From a virus (taxonomy: Duplodnaviria > Heunggongvirae > Uroviricota > Caudoviricetes), in IMG/VR virus record IMGVR_UViG_3300045988_048025: a stretch of 44,090 nt of DNA. One strand, written 5' to 3'. This document shows, one piece after another, positions 1-7,051 of the stretch (its first letter is position 1; every line of letters begins with the position of its first letter). The position numbers were made by a program, and so were the translations under genes. Below the pieces are notes generated by a model that worked only from the letters and a program-made list of their open reading frames with translations, searched no databases and was not told where the DNA came from.

Positions 1-55
1 ACGCGGCCTATATAACTGATACAAGCCCTCTATGGAGGGCTTTTCTGTACATCCC
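1..55. repeat. 55-bp direct repeat, identical to 44036..44090 (terminal redundancy or circular-assembly overlap)
   Basis: Exact identity of window positions 1..55 with 44036..44090, read directly. Confidence 0.9.
25..44 (+). terminator. Rho-independent terminator-like hairpin inside the terminal repeat
   Basis: Stem gccctc / gagggc with loop tatg, followed by TTTT; same element at 44060..44079 downstream of the last + strand gene. Confidence 0.5.
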
Positions 56-81
56 ACCCAATCCACTTATATAATCCCTTT

Positions 82-100
82 AGACGCGTAGGGCGCGTCT
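82..100. promoter_or_regulatory. Inverted repeat immediately upstream of the small terminase gene (candidate regulatory or packaging-related site)
   Basis: agacgcg-taggg-cgcgtct, 7-bp arms, preceded by a TATAAT hexamer at 70..75. Confidence 0.2.
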
Positions 101-140
101 GGTGCGCTCTGATGGTCAGACGCATACGAAAGGGGATTCT

Positions 141-686
141 ATGAAGCTGAAACTTAAGCGGCCATCGCCAGAGGTGGTGCAAGCTGCACATGAAGAAGCT
201 GTTAGCGCAAATCGTCGCCGTAAACGACCGCGCGGTAAACAGAGCCTTTATCAATCATCCCGTAATTCCGCCGCGCTGTGGGACCCGGACTATTGCGACG
301 CGTTAATCGAGTTCTTCGACCGCACGTCGTGGGAACTTGTGCCTACGTCCAAGGGTGATGAACGCCCGTTGATTCAGGATAAACCACCGTCACTGGCCCG
401 ATTCGCCTTACACATAGGCGTCACTATCCCGATTATTAAGCTGTGGCTGCGTGAGATTCCCGCATTTGCGGAAGCCTATGAAACAGCACAGGCACTGGAA
501 GAGGCGTATTTCACCGAGACAGGGGCCGCCGGCATCTCTGCTACGTTTGCTGCCGCTAAGCTGGGCCTTAGTAAAGAGAAACCTGTTGAATCGACAGAAG
601 AAACCGCCCCGACGGAGATTGTTTTCAGTGTCGCGGAGCCTGTAGGTAAAATCGTAACAACGAATATGGGTGAGGTAGAGGAATGA
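141..686 (+). CDS. Terminase small subunit (putative)
   Basis: ORF directly upstream of and overlapping the large terminase start (ATGA overlap at 683..686); ATG at 141 preceded by aggggatt; basic N-terminus. Track ORF begins at GTG 102. Confidence 0.5.
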   Translation: MKLKLKRPSPEVVQAAHEEAVSANRRRKRPRGKQSLYQSSRNSAALWDPDYCDALIEFFDRTSWELVPTSKGDERPLIQDKPPSLARFALHIGVTIPIIKLWLREIPAFAEAYETAQALEEAYFTETGAAGISATFAAAKLGLSKEKPVESTEETAPTEIVFSVAEPVGKIVTTNMGEVEE

Positions 687-1933
687 GTATTCAGCTATCG
701 GCCCCTCAGGCACTGTTCCTGAATTGTGACAATAAATACAAGGCATACGTCGGCGGCTTCGGTAGTGGCAAGACATTTGTTGGCTGCCTTGACCTGCTTA
801 CGTTTATGCTCAAGCACCCTGGTACGCGCCTTGGCTACTTCGGCCCGACCTACCCGGCTATCCGTGACATCTTCTACCCGACATTCGAGGAAGCGGCTAA
901 CCTGCTCGGCCTTGATGTGCTGGTTAAATCCGGCGACAAAGAAGTCGTGGTTACTCGCGGTAAGACGGTGCTAGGAACGGTTATCTGCCGTTCGATGGAT
1001 AACCCTGGCTCTATCGTAGGTTTCAAAATCGCTGCTGCGGTCGTGGATGAGCTGGATGTACTGAGCCGCGAGAAAGCCGAGCTGGCGTGGAACAAAATAG
1101 TAGCCCGTATGCGTCTGGTTATCCCCGGTGTAATTAACCACATCTCTGTCACCACGACGCCGGAAGGGTTCAAGTTCGTCTATGCCAAGTTCAAAGAGAA
1201 TCCAACACCGAGTTACTCGATGGTGCAGGCTTCCACACACGAGAATGCGCGATTCCTGCCACCGGATTACATCAGTTCGCTGACCGAGACTTACCCGGCG
1301 CAACTGATTAACGCGTATCTGAACGGTGAGTTCGTCAACCTGACATCCGGCAGCGTGTATTACGCCTATGACCGTCGCAAGCACCGCAGTAAAGAGACAA
1401 TTCAGCCGGGCGATACACTGTACATCGGGCAGGACTTCAACGTTACAAAGAACGCCAGCGCTGTGTATGTGCAACGTAAAGACGGCTGGCACGCGGTGGC
1501 GGAACTGAAGGGCCTGTTTGACACGCCGGACACCGTGCGTGTTATTACTGAGAAGTGGAAGTCGCAAGGCCACCGCATCGTCGTTTACCCGGACGCCAGC
1601 GGCAAGAACCGCAAAACCAACTCGGCGTCAATCTCCGATATCGCGTTACTACAGCAGGCAGGGTTTGATGTTCGCGCTAAATCCGCCAACCCCCCTGTTA
1701 AAGACCGTGTTTTAGCGGTGAATACCGCGCTGGAAAAAGGTAAGCTGTGGGTTAACGACCACTTATGCCCTGAGATAGCGAAGACGCTGGAGCAGCAGGC
1801 ATACGACGATAACGGGGAGCCAGCTAAAGATGGCGTCATTGACCATATGGCGGATGCTCTCGGCTATCCTGTAGTTTACGAGATGCCGGTGGTTAAACCC
1901 GTAATCAACATCCCGGTGACTTTCGCACTTTAA
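683..1933 (+). CDS. Terminase large subunit
   Basis: Walker A-like GGFGSGKT and Walker B-like VVDELD in the N-terminal ATPase part; first large gene of the packaging/head operon. Confidence 0.85.
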   Translation: MSIQLSAPQALFLNCDNKYKAYVGGFGSGKTFVGCLDLLTFMLKHPGTRLGYFGPTYPAIRDIFYPTFEEAANLLGLDVLVKSGDKEVVVTRGKTVLGTVICRSMDNPGSIVGFKIAAAVVDELDVLSREKAELAWNKIVARMRLVIPGVINHISVTTTPEGFKFVYAKFKENPTPSYSMVQASTHENARFLPPDYISSLTETYPAQLINAYLNGEFVNLTSGSVYYAYDRRKHRSKETIQPGDTLYIGQDFNVTKNASAVYVQRKDGWHAVAELKGLFDTPDTVRVITEKWKSQGHRIVVYPDASGKNRKTNSASISDIALLQQAGFDVRAKSANPPVKDRVLAVNTALEKGKLWVNDHLCPEIAKTLEQQAYDDNGEPAKDGVIDHMADALGYPVVYEMPVVKPVINIPVTFAL

Positions 1934-1945
1934 GAGGATTATTCA

Positions 1946-3427
1946 ATGTTAACAATGAACGGTCAGAATCAGGGTGTTAAGACAAAACACCGGGAATGGC
2001 TGCATCACTTCAATAAATGGCAGAAGGTACGCCACGCGCTGGAAGGTGACCTTATTCGCTATCTGCGCAACGTCGGGAAGAACGAACCCGACCCGGCCTA
2101 CGCGGCGCAGCGCCAGGAAGAATACGAGAATGGTGCTATCTGCTACAACTTCACTAAACGTACCCTGGCGGGGATGGTGGGGTCGGTGATGCGCAAAGAC
2201 CCTGAACAGATTATTCCGCCTGAACTGGAGTACCTGTTACGTAACGCCGATGGTTCTGGTGTCGGGCTGTGGCAGCACGCGCAGGATACGCTAATGGAGA
2301 TTGACTCGGTTGGTCGTGGCGGGTTGCTGGTGGACGCCCCGGAGACAGCCGCGGCAACGGCGGCAGAACAGAACGCGGGATTACTAAACCCGGTCATCGC
2401 TTTCTATACCGCAGAGAACATCATCAACTGGCGACTAACTCGCGTTGGTTCAGTTAACCGCGTGACAATGGTCGTGTTGCGCGAAGTATGGGAATACTCA
2501 GAACCGGGTGCAGAGTTCGAAACAAAGTTCGGTGAGCAGTATCGCGTTCTCGATTTGATTGACGGGCGCTACCGCCAGCGCATTTACCGCTTCGATGCCG
2601 GAGGTGGTGCTCAGGGTGAAGTAATCGAAATATTCCCGGAACTTGGCGAACAGTTGCGCGGCAAAATCCCCTTCACGTTCATTGGGGCGAGCAACAACGA
2701 CGCAACCATCGACGATGCGCCTTTGCTACCGTTGGCTGAGCTCAATATCGGACATTTCCGCAACAGCGCGGACAATGAGGAGTCCAGCTTCGTTGTAGGC
2801 CAGCCCACTCTGTTCATTGCCCCGGGCGAGAACATGAGCATGGAACAGTGGAAAGAAGCTAACCCACACGGCGTGCGCATGGGGTCGCGTTCAGGTCATA
2901 ACATCGGTTACGGCGGCAATGCGTTTCTGGTTCAGGCCGGCGAGAACAACCTCGCCAAGCAGAACATGCTGGATAAAGAGAATCAGGCCATCCAGATTGG
3001 TGCGCAGCTTATTACCCCGACGCAGCAAATCACCGCTGAATCTGCCCGACTGCAACGCGGCGCTGACACCTCAGTTATGGCGACAATCGCACGTAACGTA
3101 AGTATGGCGTATACAGATGCGTTGCGCTGGGTAGCTGCGATGCTAGGGTTGCGCGAAGACACAGAGATTGAGTTCAAGCTGAATATGGAGTTCTTCCTGC
3201 AACCTATGACAGCTCAGGACCGCGCTCAGTGGATGGCGGATATTAACGCAGGCCTGTTACCGGCTACGGCCTACTATGCTGCGTTGCGCAAGGCCGGGGT
3301 AACTGACTGGACAGACGAGGATATCCAGAACGCTATCGAAGACGCACCTCTGCCGTTGGGTGCTGTTGCTCAGGTGGCGGGAGAGATTCCGCAGTCGGCG
3401 CAACAACAGGACACCACTCAGCCGTAA
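1946..3427 (+). CDS. Portal protein
   Basis: 493-aa ORF after the large terminase with RBS aagagga; position and size typical of a portal; acidic C-terminus. Confidence 0.75.
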   Translation: MLTMNGQNQGVKTKHREWLHHFNKWQKVRHALEGDLIRYLRNVGKNEPDPAYAAQRQEEYENGAICYNFTKRTLAGMVGSVMRKDPEQIIPPELEYLLRNADGSGVGLWQHAQDTLMEIDSVGRGGLLVDAPETAAATAAEQNAGLLNPVIAFYTAENIINWRLTRVGSVNRVTMVVLREVWEYSEPGAEFETKFGEQYRVLDLIDGRYRQRIYRFDAGGGAQGEVIEIFPELGEQLRGKIPFTFIGASNNDATIDDAPLLPLAELNIGHFRNSADNEESSFVVGQPTLFIAPGENMSMEQWKEANPHGVRMGSRSGHNIGYGGNAFLVQAGENNLAKQNMLDKENQAIQIGAQLITPTQQITAESARLQRGADTSVMATIARNVSMAYTDALRWVAAMLGLREDTEIEFKLNMEFFLQPMTAQDRAQWMADINAGLLPATAYYAALRKAGVTDWTDEDIQNAIEDAPLPLGAVAQVAGEIPQSAQQQDTTQP

Positions 3428-3437
3428 GTTCACATAT

Positions 3438-3458
3438 AGCCCCGAAAGGGGCTTTCTT
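3438..3458 (+). terminator. Terminator/attenuator-like hairpin between portal and head morphogenesis genes
   Basis: agcccc-gaaa-ggggct followed by ttctt. Confidence 0.4.
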
Positions 3459-3463
3459 ATAGT

Positions 3464-5356
3464 ATGCTATTAACTTTAGCACCACAGGGTTTAACTATGA
3501 GCTTACTTACATCACTCATCAGCCATCAGATATGGCTGCAACGCACCGCATCCGGTGAGGTGAAAGACCTCGCACCGTTCATTAAGGAGATGCGGGATGA
3601 AATAAAACGGCAGGTGCTGTTATTCGGTGATGACGGGCGGAGCACTGCGCGACTGAATAAACTGTTACTCGACCTTGAAGAAGCGCTAACCGGACTTACC
3701 GGCGATTGGCAAACAAAGCTGACAGAAGACCTTAAGGAACTGGCGGCATACGAGGCTGAGTGGAACGTAAAGACACTAACCGCCAACGTTAACGCGGAAT
3801 TTGTTACGCCTACCGCCGAACAGGTGTGGGCCGCCGCCGATTTTCAGCCATTATCGTTAAACGACAAGCCTGTTGACTTCACTAAATTGATGTCTGGTTG
3901 GGGTGAAACCGAAGTCGCCCGCCTCGTAACTGGAGTTAAGATGGGCTTTGTACAAGGTCAAACCACACGGCAGATTGTTAAGAATGTCGTAGGCTCTGGT
4001 GGGCTGGCCGACATCTCAGAACGTAACGCGGCTACAGTAATCCGCACCGCGCTGTCTCATGTATCCAACGAAGCCCGTAACGAGACGTACCGCCAGAACG
4101 ACGACATCATCGAGAAATACGAGTGGGTATCAACGCTGGACAGCCGTACCAGTACGATTTGCAGAGCCAGAGACAGGATGACGTGGGAAATCGGTAAAGG
4201 GCCGATGCCTCCGGCCCATCATAATTGCTTACTTGGGGATACTGTAGTATCTACCGGTAGTCCGGTTTCTAACATTTTTAAACGGGCGTACAAAGGCACT
4301 ATAGTCTATGTCTCTACAAGGTCCGGTCGCACCTTGTCTATCACCCCAAACCACCAGGTATTGACTACCAATGGTTGGGTTGCTTCCGGCCTTCTCAATG
4401 TAGGCGACAAGCTCGTGTGCGCTAAGGACTCTGCGCTCTCTCTCAAGCATAAGGAACACAACGTTGTAGCCAAGTTCTCCGATTTGTTTAGTGCGGCTAA
4501 TGTAGCGGTCAATCCTGCGGCGGTCCGTACAAGCCCAACCACCACCGAAGACTTCCACGGCGACGGAACCGACGGCGAAGTCGAGATTGTACTTGTCAAC
4601 CGCCTTTCCTGGGATAAAGTCAAGTCCGGACTGAATAAGCAAATCATTGACAAGGAACTCCCAGTGGCTTCCCGCATTTATGACTCCCTCTCTGGCTTTG
4701 GCTCTGCGAAGCAGTTCAGCATGGTCGGCCTTTCTCCCTCGGACAGCTTCATGCGCCGCGGCGGAGAGAGCGAGGCGCTCCTCGGGAGTAGCTTTAGCCA
4801 TTCTGATAAACATAGCGTCGCTGACACCGCGAATACTAACGCCGTTCTCTCTGAGAACGCGTATGACTGGGTTACACGAAACGCCGATAATCTTTCCGAT
4901 TTCAACTGGTCCGATGCCGTCGGTATAGAGCTTGATGATGTTGTCGATTTGGTCTTTAGTGAAGCTGATTTTTGCGGGCATGTTTATAACCTCGAAAATG
5001 AACAGAACTGGTATCTCGCAAATGGAATTATAGCACATAATTGTCGCTCAACAACCGCGCCAGTAATCAGTTCTGAGTTCGACTTCCTCGATAAAGGCGC
5101 AAAACGCGCGGCTAAGGGTGCGGACGGTGGTATGCAGGTAAGTGCAGACACCACCTATTATGAGTTCCTCAAACAACAACCTGCGTGGTTTCAGGACCAG
5201 GCGCTCGGCCCTGTTCGCGGTAAGATTTTCCGTAACAGCGGTATATCACCGGAAGAGTTTCGCGTAATATCTGTAGATGGTTTCGGGAATCCGCTCACGC
5301 TTAAGCAGATGGCGGAACTCGATAAACGTGTTGCTGATTATCTGAAAGGGGATTAA
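3464..5356 (+). CDS. Head morphogenesis protein (phage Mu F-like / SPP1 gp7-like) interrupted in frame by an intein-like element
   Basis: EWVSTLDSRTSTICRARD...PPAHHN then, after the insert, CRSTTAPV, which resembles the conserved H-x-N-C-R region of Mu F-like proteins; located after the portal. Alternative start ATG 3497. Confidence 0.75.
   Translation: MLLTLAPQGLTMSLLTSLISHQIWLQRTASGEVKDLAPFIKEMRDEIKRQVLLFGDDGRSTARLNKLLLDLEEALTGLTGDWQTKLTEDLKELAAYEAEWNVKTLTANVNAEFVTPTAEQVWAAADFQPLSLNDKPVDFTKLMSGWGETEVARLVTGVKMGFVQGQTTRQIVKNVVGSGGLADISERNAATVIRTALSHVSNEARNETYRQNDDIIEKYEWVSTLDSRTSTICRARDRMTWEIGKGPMPPAHHNCLLGDTVVSTGSPVSNIFKRAYKGTIVYVSTRSGRTLSITPNHQVLTTNGWVASGLLNVGDKLVCAKDSALSLKHKEHNVVAKFSDLFSAANVAVNPAAVRTSPTTTEDFHGDGTDGEVEIVLVNRLSWDKVKSGLNKQIIDKELPVASRIYDSLSGFGSAKQFSMVGLSPSDSFMRRGGESEALLGSSFSHSDKHSVADTANTNAVLSENAYDWVTRNADNLSDFNWSDAVGIELDDVVDLVFSEADFCGHVYNLENEQNWYLANGIIAHNCRSTTAPVISSEFDFLDKGAKRAAKGADGGMQVSADTTYYEFLKQQPAWFQDQALGPVRGKIFRNSGISPEEFRVISVDGFGNPLTLKQMAELDKRVADYLKGD
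4226..5041 (+). mobile_element. Intein-like in-frame insertion (272 codons)
   Basis: Begins with Cys (CLLGDTVVSTG, block A-like), contains ITPNHQVLTTNGW (block B-like TxxH), ends VYNLENEQNWYLANGIIAHN (block F/G-like, terminal HN) followed by +1 Cys; excision would restore HHN-CRST. Confidence 0.75.
4229..4981 (-). CDS. Antisense ORF nested in the intein: putative HTH plus PD-(D/E)xK (Vsr/DUF559-like) nuclease, candidate homing endonuclease
   Basis: ATG at 4981 with GAGG 8 nt upstream; HTH-like IDNIIKLYTDGIGPVEIGKIIGVSCNPVIRVLRENG; nuclease-like core YNLDFAVGSVAVEVFGGGW...DRRRIDRYISRTKQIGELGYNVVFL; protein-like composition while the sense strand here is Ser-rich linker. Track ORF is 4229..5038. 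Confidence 0.4.
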   Translation of the reverse strand: MPAKISFTKDQIDNIIKLYTDGIGPVEIGKIIGVSCNPVIRVLRENGVSIRGVSDAMFIRMAKATPEERLALSAAAHEAVRGRKADHAELLRRAKAREGVINAGSHWEFLVNDLLIQSGLDFIPGKAVDKYNLDFAVGSVAVEVFGGGWACTDRRRIDRYISRTKQIGELGYNVVFLMLERERRVLSAHELVAYIEKAGSNPTIGSQYLVVWGDRQGATGPCRDIDYSAFVRPFKNVRNRTTGRYYSIPK

Positions 5357-5817
5357 TGATGGGCTTTTTCAAAGTAACTGATGTGCCGTCGCGTCGCGTA
5401 GTCCAGTACGCTCGTGTGTCTGGCTCCGGCGAGAACGTAACCTACGTTGAAGATGAAAGTGTACTAGGTACACCTGTAGACGAGATGCCGTACGCGGATA
5501 AAACCGGTATCGCACTCTCCGCGGCAGGTATGCTTTATGAAATTCCGTATCTGGCCGATGCTGGCGATGTGTATTTCTCCGTACAACCGCAAGGCACCGA
5601 ACTGGTGGACGGCAGCGCAATTATCACTGTTGAAGTTAAGGCGGGTAAAGCCCCGTACGCGCTGACCTGGTACAAAGACGGTAAGGAAGTTGTAAACGCC
5701 CCGGAAGAGGCCTCGTCACTGACGGTTAATGCGGTCGGTGAATACTTCGTTAAAGTTACTGATGCCGATGGGGTAGAGGCGGTGAGCAAGGCGGCGAAGG
5801 TCACTAAACCAGAATGA
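5356..5817 (+). CDS. Virion-associated protein with C-terminal Ig-like domain (putative)
   Basis: Start overlaps the upstream stop (TAATG); C-terminal YALTWYKDGKEV...VGEYFVKVTDADG resembles Ig-like domains of phage decoration proteins. Confidence 0.5.
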   Translation: MMGFFKVTDVPSRRVVQYARVSGSGENVTYVEDESVLGTPVDEMPYADKTGIALSAAGMLYEIPYLADAGDVYFSVQPQGTELVDGSAIITVEVKAGKAPYALTWYKDGKEVVNAPEEASSLTVNAVGEYFVKVTDADGVEAVSKAAKVTKPE

Positions 5818-5820
5818 TAA

Positions 5821-5840
5821 AAGGCCCCTTACGGGGCCTT
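5821..5840. terminator. Hairpin terminator between convergent genes
   Basis: aaggcccc-ttac-ggggcctt, between the + gene ending at 5817 and the - gene ending at 5845. Confidence 0.55.
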
Positions 5841-5844
5841 AGTT

Positions 5845-6096
5845 TCAATACCCAGTCTCTTGGGTTAAGTTAATCTCTTTATTCCAGACGTTTTGGTTAT
5901 ACTTTTCACGAATCTGGCGCATACTTCTACCGAGCGCGGCGGATAGAGACATATCCCCGTCTTCTTGCGCGTCCAGTTGCATCTGCTGAAGCTCAATATA
6001 CGCCGAAATATCGCCGCGTAATTCAGCCTGTTCATACTCTTTTTTAAGAAAGGAACCAAGGTCCTGTACACGATGTTTTGCTGGTTTCGTAATCAT
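5845..6096 (-). CDS. Hypothetical protein (83 aa)
   Basis: ORF on the - strand with its own upstream promoter motif; no recognisable domain. Confidence 0.5.
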   Translation of the reverse strand: MITKPAKHRVQDLGSFLKKEYEQAELRGDISAYIELQQMQLDAQEDGDMSLSAALGRSMRQIREKYNQNVWNKEINLTQETGY

Positions 6097-6125
6097 TTCT
6101 TCTCGCCTCTTGTTGGTGTGAGTGA

Positions 6126-6154
6126 ATAGTACCCTATTATATTGGTGTCTGCAA
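6126..6154 (-). promoter_or_regulatory. Sigma70-like promoter for 5845..6096 (-35 TTGCAG, 17-bp spacer, -10 TACTAT) overlapping a 16-bp operator-like motif
   Basis: Read on the - strand: TTGCAG-acaccaatataataggg-TACTAT, then leader tcactcACACCAACAA. Confidence 0.4.
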
Positions 6155-6220
6155 ACTATTTGTTTACGTATTCCAGTTATTCTTCGTAATTGTAAATGTT
6201 AGAATAAACTATTCGAATAG

Positions 6221-6249
6221 TTGACTTTTCACTAAAAATATGATAAGCT
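6221..6249 (+). promoter_or_regulatory. Sigma70-like promoter (-35 TTGACT, 17-bp spacer, extended -10 TGaTAAGCT)
   Basis: TTGACT 6221..6226, TG 6241..6242, TAAGCT 6244..6249; near-identical copy at 37507..37535. Confidence 0.5.
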
Positions 6250-6362
6250 CCACCTGAGCTTGTGAAGTATGAACAAGCGACCGCGGCGCGGGCAGGTAAC
6301 GGAGCGGGACGTAAGTCCTGAGTGTAGTTACGCTGACGCGTTCGGAAGGGCCGTACTCTATT
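6250..6362 (+). ncRNA. Candidate conserved structured RNA element / leader, copy A
   Basis: About 110 nt downstream of the promoter, largely identical to 37536..37650; hairpins gcttgt...acaagc and ggac-gtaa-gtcc, the latter replaced by gtgcc-atta-ggcac in copy B. Confidence 0.35.
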
Positions 6363-6429
6363 GCTTGTGTAAAAAGTAACTGGTTTACTGAGATTACGCC
6401 GTTTCTATGTTTAAATGATAAGGACTAGC

Positions 6430-6449
6430 GCCCCGCTTTATGGCGGGGC
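6430..6449 (+). terminator. GC-rich hairpin downstream of RNA element copy A (weak terminator-like)
   Basis: gccccgc-tttatg-gcggggc followed by ttta. Confidence 0.3.
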
Positions 6450-6473
6450 TTTACTTATCGAGAAAGGAGAAAC

Positions 6474-6860
6474 ATGAATCTTAAAGCGACTGTCGTAGCG
6501 GGGGCATGTTTCATCATCCTGGCTTACGCACACGGCATCTACCAGTATCGCGCCGGCTGGAACGAAGGCCGGGCGAATCTCGTTTCGCAGCAACAGCAGA
6601 AAGCACAGGCTGAGTTAGCTAAGAAAACACAACGGCAGCAGCAGGACGAATCAAAGGCCGCAGCCGCGGACAACGAAGGCAAGACGAAATCGGAGGTGAT
6701 TACCCGTGAAGTCGTTAAGTACATTAAAACGCCTGGCCGCAGCGTGTGCACTTTTGACCATGAGCGCGTGCAGCTCAAGTCCCGCGCCGTCGCAAACGCC
6801 AATTCCATACCCGGATACGACGATGATGCAGCCGCCGTGCAAACTGGCCCCGCCAAGTAG
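6474..6860 (+). CDS. i-spanin (Rz-like), putative
   Basis: N-terminal TM segment VVAGACFIILAYA, then Q/K/E-rich predicted coiled coil; contains an embedded +1-frame lipoprotein ORF. Confidence 0.5.
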   Translation: MNLKATVVAGACFIILAYAHGIYQYRAGWNEGRANLVSQQQQKAQAELAKKTQRQQQDESKAAAADNEGKTKSEVITREVVKYIKTPGRSVCTFDHERVQLKSRAVANANSIPGYDDDAAAVQTGPAK

Positions 6861-6969
6861 CGACGCAGACGAGGATTTGGCTATTGACGTTCAGAACGCC
6901 GAATGCGCACGGCAACTGCGACTGAAAGTGTTCATGTTGCAGGATTACGTGAGGAATATTCTGGAATAG
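6706..6969 (+). CDS. o-spanin (Rz1-like lipoprotein), putative, overlapping the i-spanin gene
   Basis: GTG start with RBS ggaggtga; signal peptide ending LLTMSAC (lipobox-like, Cys), then Pro-rich PAPSQTPIPYPDTTMMQPP; starts inside 6474..6860 and extends past it. Confidence 0.45.
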   Translation: MKSLSTLKRLAAACALLTMSACSSSPAPSQTPIPYPDTTMMQPPCKLAPPSSDADEDLAIDVQNAECARQLRLKVFMLQDYVRNILE

Positions 6970-7007
6970 TTGCCTTAGTAAGTGGAATAATTTATTCTTG
7001 ACATGTA

Positions 7008-7026
7008 AATCCGGGTGGCCCGGATT
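7008..7026 (+). promoter_or_regulatory. Perfect 8-bp-arm hairpin just upstream of the scaffold gene
   Basis: aatccggg-tgg-cccggatt, with TTGACA at 6998..7003 immediately upstream and no matching -10. Confidence 0.25.
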
Positions 7027-7051
7027 CCAACGTCCAGGGGACATACTGACT

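Noticed and set aside
1-55. The 55-bp end repeat as a bona fide long terminal repeat or cos site
   Set aside because: It cannot be distinguished from a circular-assembly overlap using sequence alone, and 55 bp is short for typical direct terminal repeats.
971-1573. 200-aa antisense ORF inside the large terminase gene, with similar cases at 12212..12862 and 17025..17720
   Set aside because: Same antisense-shadow pattern with junk-like composition and no motifs; biased codon use of the real genes removes stops in the aligned antisense frame.
4226-5041. Sense-strand homing endonuclease domain (LAGLIDADG, HNH or GIY-YIG) inside the intein
   Set aside because: No such motifs were found in the sense translation between the splicing blocks, which is why the antisense ORF was examined instead.
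6100-6470. tRNA gene in the non-coding regions 6100..6470, 37500..37870 or 41671..42021
   Set aside because: No acceptor-stem plus T-arm (GTTCGAAT-like) cloverleaf could be built by eye; the TTCGGAA segment at 6341..6347 lacks a flanking complementary stem. tRNAscan-SE would settle it.
6998-7003. TTGACA upstream of the scaffold gene as a sigma70 promoter
   Set aside because: There is no acceptable -10 hexamer at 16 to 18 bp spacing (the sequence there is the GC-rich hairpin); kept only as a regulatory-hairpin observation.
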